A DNA stretch of 64,000 bases from Candidatus Aenigmatarchaeota archaeon (GTDB lineage: Archaea; Aenigmatarchaeota; Aenigmatarchaeia; CG10238-14; SCSR01): positions 704,001-768,000 of the forward strand of contig JAVZHQ010000001.1 in assembly GCA_038998335.1 (NCBI GenBank). The letters run 5' to 3'. The notes under the pieces were generated by a model. It made no database searches. It was not told where the DNA came from and saw only the letters and a list, made by a program, of their open reading frames with translations. This document shows, one piece after another, positions 39,188 to 48,695 of this stretch (position 1 is the first letter of the stretch; every line of letters begins with the position of its first letter). The position numbers and the translations under genes were made by a program.

Positions 39188-40273
39188 GTGAAAAAGTTGA
39201 AGTCTAAAGTTGTTTTTGTTAAAGTAAAATATGAGGAAAATGGTGTGCAAAACGCTGTAAAAAAAGCTATGAAACTAGCAAACTGGAAAAGATATGTTAA
39301 AGGAAAGAAAATTTTTGTTAAGATAAACGGGATTTCTGACCAATTAGTTCCTGGTCAGTGTACTTCGCCTTGGGTTATTGATGGTGTACTTTCTGAACTA
39401 AGGAAAATTTTCCCTAAAACAAAAATTTACATGGGTGATGCAAACTTAGCTGCTGCTGAACAATTAAACAGAGCTGCAAAACTTTGGGGGTTCTATGAGC
39501 TTGCAGAAAAGTACAATGCAGAATTTGTAAATCTTTCAGAACAACCTTTAGTTAAAACTGATTTTAAGGGAAAAGTTTTAAGAGAAATGGAAGTGCCAAA
39601 AATTCTTTTGGATGTTGATTGTATAGTCAATTTACCAGTAGCCAAAACTCATTGTCTAACCACAATTACATGCTGTCTTAAAAACCATTGGGGTTTGCTC
39701 CCTCGCTTCCGCCATCAGTATCATCTAGTTGCAAATCAAGCAATTCCTGATGTTAACAATTTCTTCAGAAAGACAACTTTTAATGTTGTCGACGCTACTA
39801 TATGCATGGAAGGTAATGCTCCAAGAACAGGAATTCCTTTGATAAGAGACGCTATTTTTGCAGGCCATGATAGAGTTGCTATAGATTCTGCTGTTGCAAC
39901 TTTCTTTGGTTTTAACCCCAAAAAAATTGAACATATAGTAAACGCAGAAAAAATAGGACTTGGAAATATAGATTTTGAGATTGTTGGTGACAAAAAGGAA
40001 TTCAAGCCAAAAAAAGTTAAACCTCCTGAACCAAACAAGCAACCAATATTTCTACTCGAAATGAATCTGAGAAAAGTCCCTATACTGAACTTCTTAATTT
40101 TCAGAACAAAGATATTTGATTTCTTTGCTTGGGGTGCTACCCAGTATAATACAGTTTGGTGGTACAACTTCCATGGAAAAAAATATGCAAAAGAAATAAT
40201 CTACAATACATGGTACGGAAATGAATTTAAAGACTTATGGGAAAGGACTGGAGGAAAGGGAAAAATTAAATGA
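39188..40273 (+). CDS. DUF362 domain protein
   Basis: VKIN, TSP.V, NLPVAKTH, LKNHWG, DAT.CMEGNAP..G, DRVAID. Confidence 0.85.
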   Translation: MKKLKSKVVFVKVKYEENGVQNAVKKAMKLANWKRYVKGKKIFVKINGISDQLVPGQCTSPWVIDGVLSELRKIFPKTKIYMGDANLAAAEQLNRAAKLWGFYELAEKYNAEFVNLSEQPLVKTDFKGKVLREMEVPKILLDVDCIVNLPVAKTHCLTTITCCLKNHWGLLPRFRHQYHLVANQAIPDVNNFFRKTTFNVVDATICMEGNAPRTGIPLIRDAIFAGHDRVAIDSAVATFFGFNPKKIEHIVNAEKIGLGNIDFEIVGDKKEFKPKKVKPPEPNKQPIFLLEMNLRKVPILNFLIFRTKIFDFFAWGATQYNTVWWYNFHGKKYAKEIIYNTWYGNEFKDLWERTGGKGKIK

Positions 40274-40308
40274 AAGCCATAACGCTTATAAAAAAGATAA
40301 AATTTTTC

Positions 40309-40974
40309 TTATCTTAACCCAAGCTTTAACTCAAGAATAAACCTCAAAGTTCTGAACCCTTCTCTAAAAGTTCCTTTTGATTTACCCAACTTCCTTTGTT
40401 CAAAAATTATAGGCACTTCTGTTGTCTTGAAACCAAACTTTTTCGCTTTATACAAAATTTCAGTGTTTATTTTAAACCCTCTTGGGTTAAGCTTAATTTT
40501 CTCAAAAACTTCTCTTCTGATTGCAGCAAAGCCAGACATGTTATCTTTTATTTTAAGCCCAAGAATCAGCGAAGCAAATAAACAATAAACTCTGCTTATA
40601 AAAATCCTGTAAAGTTTATCTTCTGTCTTTCCTCCTTTCACGTATTTCGAACCAATAACTATATCGTATTCTTTAGCTTTTTCTATAAGCTTTGGTAAAT
40701 CCTCAGGCCTATGACTTCCGTCTCCGTCCATGGTAACTATTATCTCGCCTTTAGCTAATTTTAACCCTTCCAGAATTGCATTTCCTAAGCCGTTGCTTTT
40801 TTGTTTAATAACTCTTGCTCCTTTTAATTTCGGCGTAACCTTACTTTTATCCACGATTATTATCTCAAAATCAAAACCAGAAAGAGTTTTATAAATTCTA
40901 TTGACAAGCTCTTGAATATAAGGCTCCTCTTTTGTTGGTATAATGATCGATACCTTTTTCAAATTTCTTTGCAT
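40309..40974 (-). CDS. dolichol-phosphate hexosyltransferase (Dpm1-like GT2)
   Basis: SIIIPT, GLGNA..EG, MDGDGSH, IGS.YV.GG, D.MSGF, EVPI.F..R..G.SK. Confidence 0.9.
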   Translation of the reverse strand: MQRNLKKVSIIIPTKEEPYIQELVNRIYKTLSGFDFEIIIVDKSKVTPKLKGARVIKQKSNGLGNAILEGLKLAKGEIIVTMDGDGSHRPEDLPKLIEKAKEYDIVIGSKYVKGGKTEDKLYRIFISRVYCLFASLILGLKIKDNMSGFAAIRREVFEKIKLNPRGFKINTEILYKAKKFGFKTTEVPIIFEQRKLGKSKGTFREGFRTLRFILELKLGLR

Positions 40975-41014
40975 AAATAACTTATAAACAGATAAAAATC
41001 TAAAGTTGATTAGT

Positions 41015-42613
41015 ATGATAAAAAACATAAGGTTTTTAGTGCTCTTAGCTTTTCTTATAATTTCTGTTTACTTTTTGCTTGCTCCTTTACTTTTTATACC
41101 TAAAGGAGTTGTTGTAGTTTCTTTAGACGAGAACAACAAATGCGAAGGAATAAGGGAAGGAAGTATAATAACCGAAATGCGTGGCACTGCAATTTCAAGC
41201 GAAGAAGATTTTGAAAACTATTTGAAAAATGTTAAGCAAGGGGAATACGTAAGCATGGTAATAAACAACTTGCCAGGAGGATGCATAGCTTTAAATGATA
41301 GTTATCTTGGAATAACAGTGAAAAATTTTGAAAGAAAGGGTTTAAAGTTTGGAATCGATTTAGCTGGAGGAAAAGCTTCATTTTTTTCTTCAACCCAAGA
41401 CTTAAAAAAAGTAAAGGAAATTCTTGAAAAAAGGATTGAAGTTTTCAAGTTTCCTGATGCTAGCGTTTCTGTTTCTGATAAAACAATAAGAATAGTAAGT
41501 TTAAGAGATGAGAAGCTTGAGCCTTTGTTGATAAGAGGAAAATTTGAAGCAAGGATTTCAGAAGAAGTTAAACTAAAAAACAACACAGGAAAATTGCCTT
41601 TGGGTAAAGAAGATTATACCATAACTCTTGAAAATGAAAAAATAAAAATAAACGAAAGTTTTTACGGAGAAAACGAAAGTTTTGTTTTGCAAGGAATAGA
41701 ATTTAAAATAATAAACATAACAAACTCAAGTGTTTTACTAGAAGCTTTAATTTTTACAAAAAAAGATATTAAACAAATTTCTTACAGTTTTGTTAAGTAT
41801 GAACCTTTAGCTAAACGCTACGAATTTAACATTCCGGTTGAAATTTCTGAAGAAGCCTCGGAGAGATTTTCAAAAATTATAGATAGAATGCCAACAACTA
41901 CTGAATCTGGTTCAATAGTTTTAAGTGGAAGGTTGTTGTACTATCTTGATAATAAAGAAATGAGCAATCTTGCTATACCCTTTTCTCTTGTTGGAAGAAA
42001 AATAAGCTCAATCTCTATTTTTGGTTTAAGGGAAAGTGAGGAAGCAGCAATTCTAGATAAAAACAGAATTGAAGCTTCCTTAAAAACAGAGGATTTGGAA
42101 CCTCTTAAACCGATTAAAACAGAAAATTTGGAAGCAACTTATCCTATGCTTACAACTTACTTCTTTGCTGCTTTGATAACTATTGAAATTTTGTTTTCTT
42201 TGTTTGTTTTTCTAAGGTACAGAAAAAAAGAACTTTTGTTCTACTCGTTAACTCTTTCTTTAATCCAGGCTTTTTTAATCTTTGGTATTAACGCAATTGC
42301 TCAAAACCTAGTTCCAAATAGTTGGTTAATAAACTCAAACACTCTTCTTGGAATTTTAACAATAACAATTTTCACATTGTTCCAATTTGTTCTTGTTCTT
42401 GAAAAAAGAGTTAAAAAAAGAGAGTTAAGCTTAAGTTTTAAACTTAAAAAATTAATTGGTCTTTCAAACTTTTTGAACATTTTAATAGTAATTTCTTCCT
42501 TTGTACTCCTTTTTGTTTTTAAAACTTTTGGCTTAAGTTTACTAACAGGCTTTGTTTTTGGTTTCTTGTTTTTAATTCCTCTTTTTGAGGAAAGGGTAAG
42601 AAAATTCACTTGA
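41015..42613 (+). CDS. divergent SecD-like protein with PDZ-like insert
   Basis: N-terminal TM, LKFGIDLAGG, ILEKRI, GKFEARI, A.ERF, C-terminal TM bundle. Confidence 0.65.
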   Translation: MIKNIRFLVLLAFLIISVYFLLAPLLFIPKGVVVVSLDENNKCEGIREGSIITEMRGTAISSEEDFENYLKNVKQGEYVSMVINNLPGGCIALNDSYLGITVKNFERKGLKFGIDLAGGKASFFSSTQDLKKVKEILEKRIEVFKFPDASVSVSDKTIRIVSLRDEKLEPLLIRGKFEARISEEVKLKNNTGKLPLGKEDYTITLENEKIKINESFYGENESFVLQGIEFKIINITNSSVLLEALIFTKKDIKQISYSFVKYEPLAKRYEFNIPVEISEEASERFSKIIDRMPTTTESGSIVLSGRLLYYLDNKEMSNLAIPFSLVGRKISSISIFGLRESEEAAILDKNRIEASLKTEDLEPLKPIKTENLEATYPMLTTYFFAALITIEILFSLFVFLRYRKKELLFYSLTLSLIQAFLIFGINAIAQNLVPNSWLINSNTLLGILTITIFTLFQFVLVLEKRVKKRELSLSFKLKKLIGLSNFLNILIVISSFVLLFVFKTFGLSLLTGFVFGFLFLIPLFEERVRKFT

Positions 42614-43136
42614 AAATTTTTTCTAGAATTTTTGATGAAGTTTTTTCTGTTAAAACCCTTGGAAAAATTAAACCTATAAGCGAGCCAACTATAACATCCG
42701 AAGGATAATGCACACCAGAATAAATAGAAGAAAGAGGGATTAACACTAACAAATAAAAAGCAGAAAGTTTTTTAAGCCAACTTGGAAAACTTTCAGGGAT
42801 GAAAAAGAAAGAAAGGTAAGCTATAAAAGCATGGGAAGAGGGAAAAGAGGGGTCTGCTTTTTTAAACACAACGTTTATTTCTTGACTAGCATCATAAGGT
42901 CTTTCTCTTCCAACTAAATACTTAAGTGAAACCACAAAAATATAACCAATAACAGCAACAACAAAAAGATGAAAAAGCTTTTTGTGTTTTTTTGTTCTAA
43001 ACAAGTCAAAAGCAACGTAAATCAAGTAAACATAAACCGAGTAGATTATAAAAATTGCAAGATAAACTAGATAAACAGAAAAAAAGTTTGAGTTTAAGAA
43101 TTTAACTATTTCTAAGTCTAGCTCGTTTAAATTCAT
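42606..43136 (-). CDS. PAP2 family (lipid pyrophosphate) phosphatase
   Basis: K...GRERP, SFPSSH, GVHYPSDV.VG. Confidence 0.9.
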   Translation of the reverse strand: MNLNELDLEIVKFLNSNFFSVYLVYLAIFIIYSVYVYLIYVAFDLFRTKKHKKLFHLFVVAVIGYIFVVSLKYLVGRERPYDASQEINVVFKKADPSFPSSHAFIAYLSFFFIPESFPSWLKKLSAFYLLVLIPLSSIYSGVHYPSDVIVGSLIGLIFPRVLTEKTSSKILEKIFK

Positions 43137-45820
43137 AGCTTAACATACCTCCCTCTTGCTTCGCCAAAATAAAATAGAACTTCTCCCCCACAAACAGAAC
43201 ATTTTCCTATCAAAGGAACTCTTCTAAAAGTCTTATTGCATTTGTTACAGACAAAGCCTTCAAAATCATTTAAAACTTCCTCTTGTTTTTTGTGGTTAAA
43301 AGCTTCAGAAATAGATAAAAGCCTTCCAAAACTTATTAGCTCAGATTTCTTTATTCCTAAAGCATCGAAAACTCTTTCTAAAGGTGGTAAAACTTGACTT
43401 TCAATGTAATATCTTGAATCAATCTTTAAGTTATGAGCTTTTACATATTCTGGATCCTCTGCTCTTTCTGAAAGCATTTGTGTACCTTGAACTATAACGT
43501 AACCTATTCTGTCGCCAATCCCAGGAGCTCCTGCTGGCGACCTTTTTCTTAACTTTTTAACAAGCTCAATATGGGGCTGAATTCCTTTGTATTCTTTTAA
43601 AGATTTTGTGATTCCTCTTGTTATAACCAATTCTTCAATAGGAATCTCATTCCTGTTTAACTTCCCTAAAACTTCTCTAACATATTTTAAAGCTTTTTTG
43701 GGGTTTTGCTCTTTTAGAATTATATCTATAACCTTGTACAAGGTTTTGGAAACTAAATCACACCAATCTCTTCTAACAGTTTCTATTCCTTTCATCACTA
43801 TCTTATCTTTCCATTCACCATTAGATTTTTCAAAGTTCCAGCCTGCATACCTTTTTTTGGTTAAAACGAGCAATGTTTTGAATATTCCTTCGATTTTCAT
43901 TTTAACTATGCCTTCATGCTCTTTATTTATAAAATCAGAAAGCTCTTCCCCAAGTTTCAAAGCCTCTTCTAGATCAAGAGTTGGGAGCTTAACCATTATA
44001 GAATCTGTGTCACCATAAACAACTTCATAGCCCTTTTTGGTTTCAACTATTTTTTTCGTTTTTTCTATTAGAAATCTCCCGCAACTTGTTATTGCATTAG
44101 CAATTTCCAAAACATAAAGCCTTGCTCTTACATAACCAGTATAACCATAAAAAGCGTTTGCCATTATTTTCAAAGCATACTGTTTTGAATCCAAAACCTT
44201 TTTTTCATTTTCGTTCTTAGCTTTTTCCATCTCTTTTTTAACCTTATCTCTTTCTTCTATTAAAAATTTTAAAATTTTTGGAATTATTCCTTCTCTTACT
44301 TCCCTTTTAACAAACAAAGCTCCAGAAGGTGTTTTTATAGTTTCTCCCTCACTCTCTTTGATAACTAAGGTTGTCGGGCAAATGTTAAAGGAGATGAAGA
44401 TTGAAGGATACATGGAACGAAAATCTAAGTAAGCAACGCAATTTGTGTGTAAGCCAACTTTTGGTTCAAGAACCAAAGCTCCTTTCAAACCTTTTGCTTC
44501 CCTTTCTTCCATTCTTTTAAAAACCTCTTCAGAAGAAGGTTTTGTTGGAATCACAAAACCTCTTTTGTTGAACTCTCTTAACAATAAATTTTCTACTCTT
44601 GCGCTTTCTCTACTATCCAAAACATCTTGTAAAAGTAAGCCAGAAACTTTTGAAAGTTCAATGAACTTACTCAGCATATCCTTTTCGAGTAAAAGTTTAA
44701 GTGTAAGCTCTGCATCCTTTCTTGCATAGTTTATTAGCTCATGTTTCTGCTCCTCTGAACCATTCCAGTATTTTGAAATCTCACTATGGGTTATGTCTAT
44801 TTTCTCCTCTTTTAACAATTCCTTAGCAACATCTCCTAAGCCGTATCTCTTAAGCCTCAACAAACCCTTTTCAACAGCCTCCTTAACAAGTTCATAAACA
44901 TCAACTACAATTCTTCCAAAAGAGGAATGTCTGTACCTTATTCCAACTTTTTTGGAGTTCGTGGATTTTTGCTGACATCTTCCCAAAAGCCTTGGAATTT
45001 TATTCACTCTTAATCTTTCGAGAATGTAAGGTAAATCAAAATTATTTATGTTATAACCAACTATTATATCTGGATCAAAATTTTTCACTATCTCGATAAA
45101 CTCTTGCAACATTTCACTTTCATTAGAAAAAACGAGGACATCCTTTTCAAACCTTTTTATTGGTTTAGAAACAAGAACCAAAGTGTTATTATTCTCGTAA
45201 GCTGGGAAAAAAGAAAGACTTATTATTATTATTGGGTCTTTAACTGGATTTGGGATACCTTCTTTACCTGGAGCAACTTCTATATCCAAACTCAAGTACT
45301 TGAAACTAACGTTTGTTTTCTCTTCTACTTCTTCAAATTTACTCGCGTTTATTATTTTGTCTGCCTTTACAAGAATTGTGTTCGCGCTTTCACCTTCTAC
45401 TTTTATCCAACCCATTCCAGAAATGTTAAAGTCTGCCATAAAACGATATTTAAAGAGAATGTCTGCTTCAAAAATTTTTTCAATAAAATTTTTTTTGTTT
45501 AACTCTTCCCTAATCTCTGGAACTTTTGAAGGGTCGTTAACAGTTACTCTCAGCATTTTTGTTTTGTTTTTGGTAAAACCTATGGGCAAGAATTTTTCCT
45601 CTTCCCTTATTTCTACTAGTAAAGAAGAAAATGTTTTTTTCATGAACTCAACAAATTCTTCTTCACAATTTTTCTTTGGTAAGACATAAAAATACGGTAA
45701 AAACTTATCATAAAATGCGCAGACAGTTTTACCTTCTTTTGTCTTACCAAAAACTCTTAAGACTGGTTTATTGTTCAAAGGAATATAATCACAATCAAGA
45801 ACCTGAAAAGTCACTTCCAT
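43133..45820 (-). CDS. polB: family-B DNA polymerase with intact exonuclease and polymerase motifs and a C-terminal Zn finger
   Basis: DIE, GYNINNFDLPY, YARKDA; LDFRSMYPS, KIMANAFYGY, YGDTDS, KKRY; C-terminal CNKC..FRRVPLIGKCSVCGG. Confidence 0.96.
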   Translation of the reverse strand: MEVTFQVLDCDYIPLNNKPVLRVFGKTKEGKTVCAFYDKFLPYFYVLPKKNCEEEFVEFMKKTFSSLLVEIREEEKFLPIGFTKNKTKMLRVTVNDPSKVPEIREELNKKNFIEKIFEADILFKYRFMADFNISGMGWIKVEGESANTILVKADKIINASKFEEVEEKTNVSFKYLSLDIEVAPGKEGIPNPVKDPIIIISLSFFPAYENNNTLVLVSKPIKRFEKDVLVFSNESEMLQEFIEIVKNFDPDIIVGYNINNFDLPYILERLRVNKIPRLLGRCQQKSTNSKKVGIRYRHSSFGRIVVDVYELVKEAVEKGLLRLKRYGLGDVAKELLKEEKIDITHSEISKYWNGSEEQKHELINYARKDAELTLKLLLEKDMLSKFIELSKVSGLLLQDVLDSRESARVENLLLREFNKRGFVIPTKPSSEEVFKRMEEREAKGLKGALVLEPKVGLHTNCVAYLDFRSMYPSIFISFNICPTTLVIKESEGETIKTPSGALFVKREVREGIIPKILKFLIEERDKVKKEMEKAKNENEKKVLDSKQYALKIMANAFYGYTGYVRARLYVLEIANAITSCGRFLIEKTKKIVETKKGYEVVYGDTDSIMVKLPTLDLEEALKLGEELSDFINKEHEGIVKMKIEGIFKTLLVLTKKRYAGWNFEKSNGEWKDKIVMKGIETVRRDWCDLVSKTLYKVIDIILKEQNPKKALKYVREVLGKLNRNEIPIEELVITRGITKSLKEYKGIQPHIELVKKLRKRSPAGAPGIGDRIGYVIVQGTQMLSERAEDPEYVKAHNLKIDSRYYIESQVLPPLERVFDALGIKKSELISFGRLLSISEAFNHKKQEEVLNDFEGFVCNKCNKTFRRVPLIGKCSVCGGEVLFYFGEARGRYVKL

Positions 45821-45829
45821 ATTTCTTAA

Positions 45830-47008
45830 TTATACAAAATCTATTTTAATAGTTTCTCTTGTTTTCAAGTTTACCAACCAAAAAGTAGGTTCAGTTAAAA
45901 AACTTCCGGTTGTTAAAATTGTAGTTCCTTTATAATTTAATATTGAAGGAATATGAAAATGACCGGAAGCAACAATATCTGGAATTAAATCTATAAGGAA
46001 TGGGTTGTTTACATAAATTTCTTTACTTGAAGTTGGAATTTGTCTTTTTCTTAAAAAGTTCAACAAAATTTTGTTCGGTTGGATATTTGTGAAAGAAAAA
46101 GGGAAGTTAAAGTTTGGGTGAAGAAGTAAGAAATTCAGAGATTTTTCAATTTTAAGTGAAGTTGGATTTAAAAATGAGTTTTTATTTTCTGGGTCGATTT
46201 CACCTTTCAACCAAGTGTAAGAATAATTTTTTGGTAAATTATTAAACAATTTTTCGATATCTTCAAGTTTTGAAGATATATCGCCAAGAATAAAAACATA
46301 AAGTTTTTTGTAGTAGGAGTTGTTAACCCAATCTAAAAATTTCTCATAACTTTTTTTATTAAAATTTTTTTCATCCATATGAAAATCCGAAACAAAAAGG
46401 CAAAAAATTTCTTCTGTTGTTTTGTTTATCTCTTTTTTTAAAGGAATGTCTGGTAAAACGATTTTTTTAACAAAAATTCTTTCCCCTTCTTTCTCACAAA
46501 CTAAACCTAGAATTTCATCTTCTAAAATAAACTTAAAATCTTCCTCTAAATTTTCAAAATAAACAGCTTGCTCGCCTGTAAAATCTTCAACAACCAAACT
46601 TTTTTCTTCTTCATTTTTTTCTTTAACCATAACTATCAAAGAAAACTTCCTTGTTCTCTGTGAAATCTTGTTTATAGAAATCAAGTTTACTAGATCAAAA
46701 TGTTTGGTTAAGAGTTTTCTTATTTCCTCATATTTTAAGGAAAGAAAGTTCGTATAATCTGAAACGCTTAAAATTTTTTCTTCCTTCTTAGGAGTTTTCA
46801 AGATATCGATTTGATAAAAAATTTTACTTTCTATTTCTTTTAAAATTTCGGTTGTTATTATCAAAGGGTAGTTTGGTAATTTTTTTAGTTCTTCTAAGTA
46901 GTATTTTATGTTTTTTCTTTCAAGTAAATACTCTAAAGCTTCAGGATGTAGTTGAAAACCATTTTTTAAAAACTCTTTTATTATTTCTTGTCTTTCCATA
47001 GAATCCAT
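45830..47008 (-). CDS. DNA polymerase D small subunit (DP1)-like protein with degenerate phosphoesterase site
   Basis: helical N-terminal domain (IIKEFLKNGFQLHPEALEYL), OB fold (VEDFTG), FVSDFH, LGDI, NP, FLRKR, IPDIVASGHFH, YKGT. Confidence 0.85.
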   Translation of the reverse strand: MDSMERQEIIKEFLKNGFQLHPEALEYLLERKNIKYYLEELKKLPNYPLIITTEILKEIESKIFYQIDILKTPKKEEKILSVSDYTNFLSLKYEEIRKLLTKHFDLVNLISINKISQRTRKFSLIVMVKEKNEEEKSLVVEDFTGEQAVYFENLEEDFKFILEDEILGLVCEKEGERIFVKKIVLPDIPLKKEINKTTEEIFCLFVSDFHMDEKNFNKKSYEKFLDWVNNSYYKKLYVFILGDISSKLEDIEKLFNNLPKNYSYTWLKGEIDPENKNSFLNPTSLKIEKSLNFLLLHPNFNFPFSFTNIQPNKILLNFLRKRQIPTSSKEIYVNNPFLIDLIPDIVASGHFHIPSILNYKGTTILTTGSFLTEPTFWLVNLKTRETIKIDFV

Positions 47009-47015
47009 AGAATTA

Positions 47016-47273
47016 TTATCTTTTTAATATATAAACTGTAAGACCTTTCTTACCTTCTTTTTTAGAGTGAGGAGTAGGAATGGATTCTACTTTACCAACT
47101 TCAACTAACTCCTCTAAATATTTAGAAATAGTATTCCAGCTTACTTCCTTTCCAATTCTTTTGCTAACCATGTTACGAATTGCGTTTATTGAGATTGGAG
47201 TATTTATTTCTCTCAAAACTTCTATTATAAGGTTTTGAACTTCAAACCTTTTACTAGGTCTGCCTCTTTTCAT
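47016..47273 (-). CDS. winged-helix DNA-binding protein
   Basis: IIEVL..PISI.AI..., VSWNTISKYLEELVE.GKV, beta wing. Confidence 0.8.
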   Translation of the reverse strand: MKRGRPSKRFEVQNLIIEVLREINTPISINAIRNMVSKRIGKEVSWNTISKYLEELVEVGKVESIPTPHSKKEGKKGLTVYILKR

Positions 47274-47359
47274 CTTTTCCCTTAAAGATTTTTTATAAAT
47301 TTTCTAAATTAAGTATGAATAAGTAGTATAAAAAAGTTTAATTTTTAGAGTGAGGTTAT

Positions 47360-47432
47360 TTCATAAAAATTTTCTGAAAGTTCATAATTATTGTTTGAAA
47401 GTTCATAAAAATTTTCTGAAAGTTCATAAAAA
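47360..47432. repeat. 3.5 tandem copies of a 21-bp unit TTCATAAAAATTTTCTGAAAG
   Basis: units at 47360, 47381 (variant TTCATAATTATTGTTTGAAAG), 47402 and partial at 47423. Confidence 0.9.
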
Positions 47433-47509
47433 ATATTAGTTATATTTTTTGGTTTTATTTTTAAACAAACAAAAACACTTACAGTTTATTCAAACTTTTT
47501 TCTAAAAAT

Positions 47510-47893
47510 TTATAAAAATTTCATCAAACCATTTATCATGAAAAATTTAATTATAATTGCTCGAACAAAATTTTCCTTTCCTTTTAGTGGTTCATAACTT
47601 GTTGGGTTAGAATGTTTTACCTTAATTAACAAGTTCATCTTAACTAGTTTATTCAATCTTTTTCTCAACGCTTCTATACCTATCTTAAAATGATGAGTAT
47701 TTTTCAGTTCACTATAAAGAAGTGGAAAACAATAAGGTTGGGTATCGTTTGGAAATTCTTTTCCAGTCATATAAAATTTTCTTAGAATTTGGATGTCAAC
47801 AAAATCTAAACGTTCGATGAAATTCAGAATTTCATCTTTTATTTCTGTATTTTTTTCCAAAGAAATGTTTATAAACGAATCCACACTATTCAT
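47510..47893 (-). CDS. hypothetical winged-helix protein
   Basis: LDFVDIQILRKF, ALRKRLNKLVKMNLL, SNPTSY wing; GGGGT SD. Confidence 0.7.
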   Translation of the reverse strand: MNSVDSFINISLEKNTEIKDEILNFIERLDFVDIQILRKFYMTGKEFPNDTQPYCFPLLYSELKNTHHFKIGIEALRKRLNKLVKMNLLIKVKHSNPTSYEPLKGKENFVRAIIIKFFMINGLMKFL

Positions 47894-47979
47894 TTTTACC
47901 CCATTTTTCTCTTATACTAAAACAAAATTGTGTTAATTTTTTTCTCTTTAATAATAAATACATTTCGGTAATTCAGAAT

Positions 47980-48666
47980 TCATATCAAACTAATTATTTT
48001 CACGTCAACTTTTCCGTTAATAACATCAATTATTCCACAATAACCCTCAGGAAATCTCCCAGGATTAATTATTTTTGTGGTTTCAATCTCATCCAAACCT
48101 CTTGCTTCATGTACATGTGAGCAAATAGCAACCTTAGGTTTATAATTTTCTATAAATTTTCTAACAGCTTCTGATCCTATGTGCGCTCCTGTATAAGCAA
48201 TATCAACTTTTGAATTGAAAGGAGGAACATGGGTTACTTGAACTTTTACTTCACAATTCTTTACTTTTTCATAACCTTTTTTTAAACCTTCTTCAATTTC
48301 ATTTTCACTAGGTTCTAAAGGCGTGTGAAAAGGAGTTCTTGCCCCACCAAAACCATAGAAACCAATATTTTCTATTATTTTTCCTTCTCCATGTAGGTTT
48401 ATCCCTTTTTCTTTAAACAATTCTATCAAATCTCTATCAAAATTTCCTGGGATTGCTAGCATAGGCTTCTTAAAAGTCTTAAACTCTTCAATAATAAGCT
48501 CGCCAATATCTCTGGCTTCAAAACCCTTTGGAAGATTGTAGTCTGTAAAATCTCCAAGCAAAACTATAACATCAAAATTTATAAAAGAAATTTTATCAGT
48601 ATAAGTGATTATGTTTTCTACATCGTTATGTATGTCGCTAACTGCTAAAATCCTCATCAAACTCAA
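47980..48666 (-). CDS. calcineurin-like metallophosphoesterase
   Basis: SDIH, GDFTD, PGNFD, THVPP, SHVHE, NPG. Confidence 0.9.
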   Translation of the reverse strand: MSLMRILAVSDIHNDVENIITYTDKISFINFDVIVLLGDFTDYNLPKGFEARDIGELIIEEFKTFKKPMLAIPGNFDRDLIELFKEKGINLHGEGKIIENIGFYGFGGARTPFHTPLEPSENEIEEGLKKGYEKVKNCEVKVQVTHVPPFNSKVDIAYTGAHIGSEAVRKFIENYKPKVAICSHVHEARGLDEIETTKIINPGRFPEGYCGIIDVINGKVDVKIISLI

Positions 48667-48695
48667 TATATTAAATCTTTTATAAAAATAAATTG

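Noticed and set aside
47360-47432. Mini CRISPR array
   Set aside because: Units are contiguous with no unique spacers, and no cas genes are nearby
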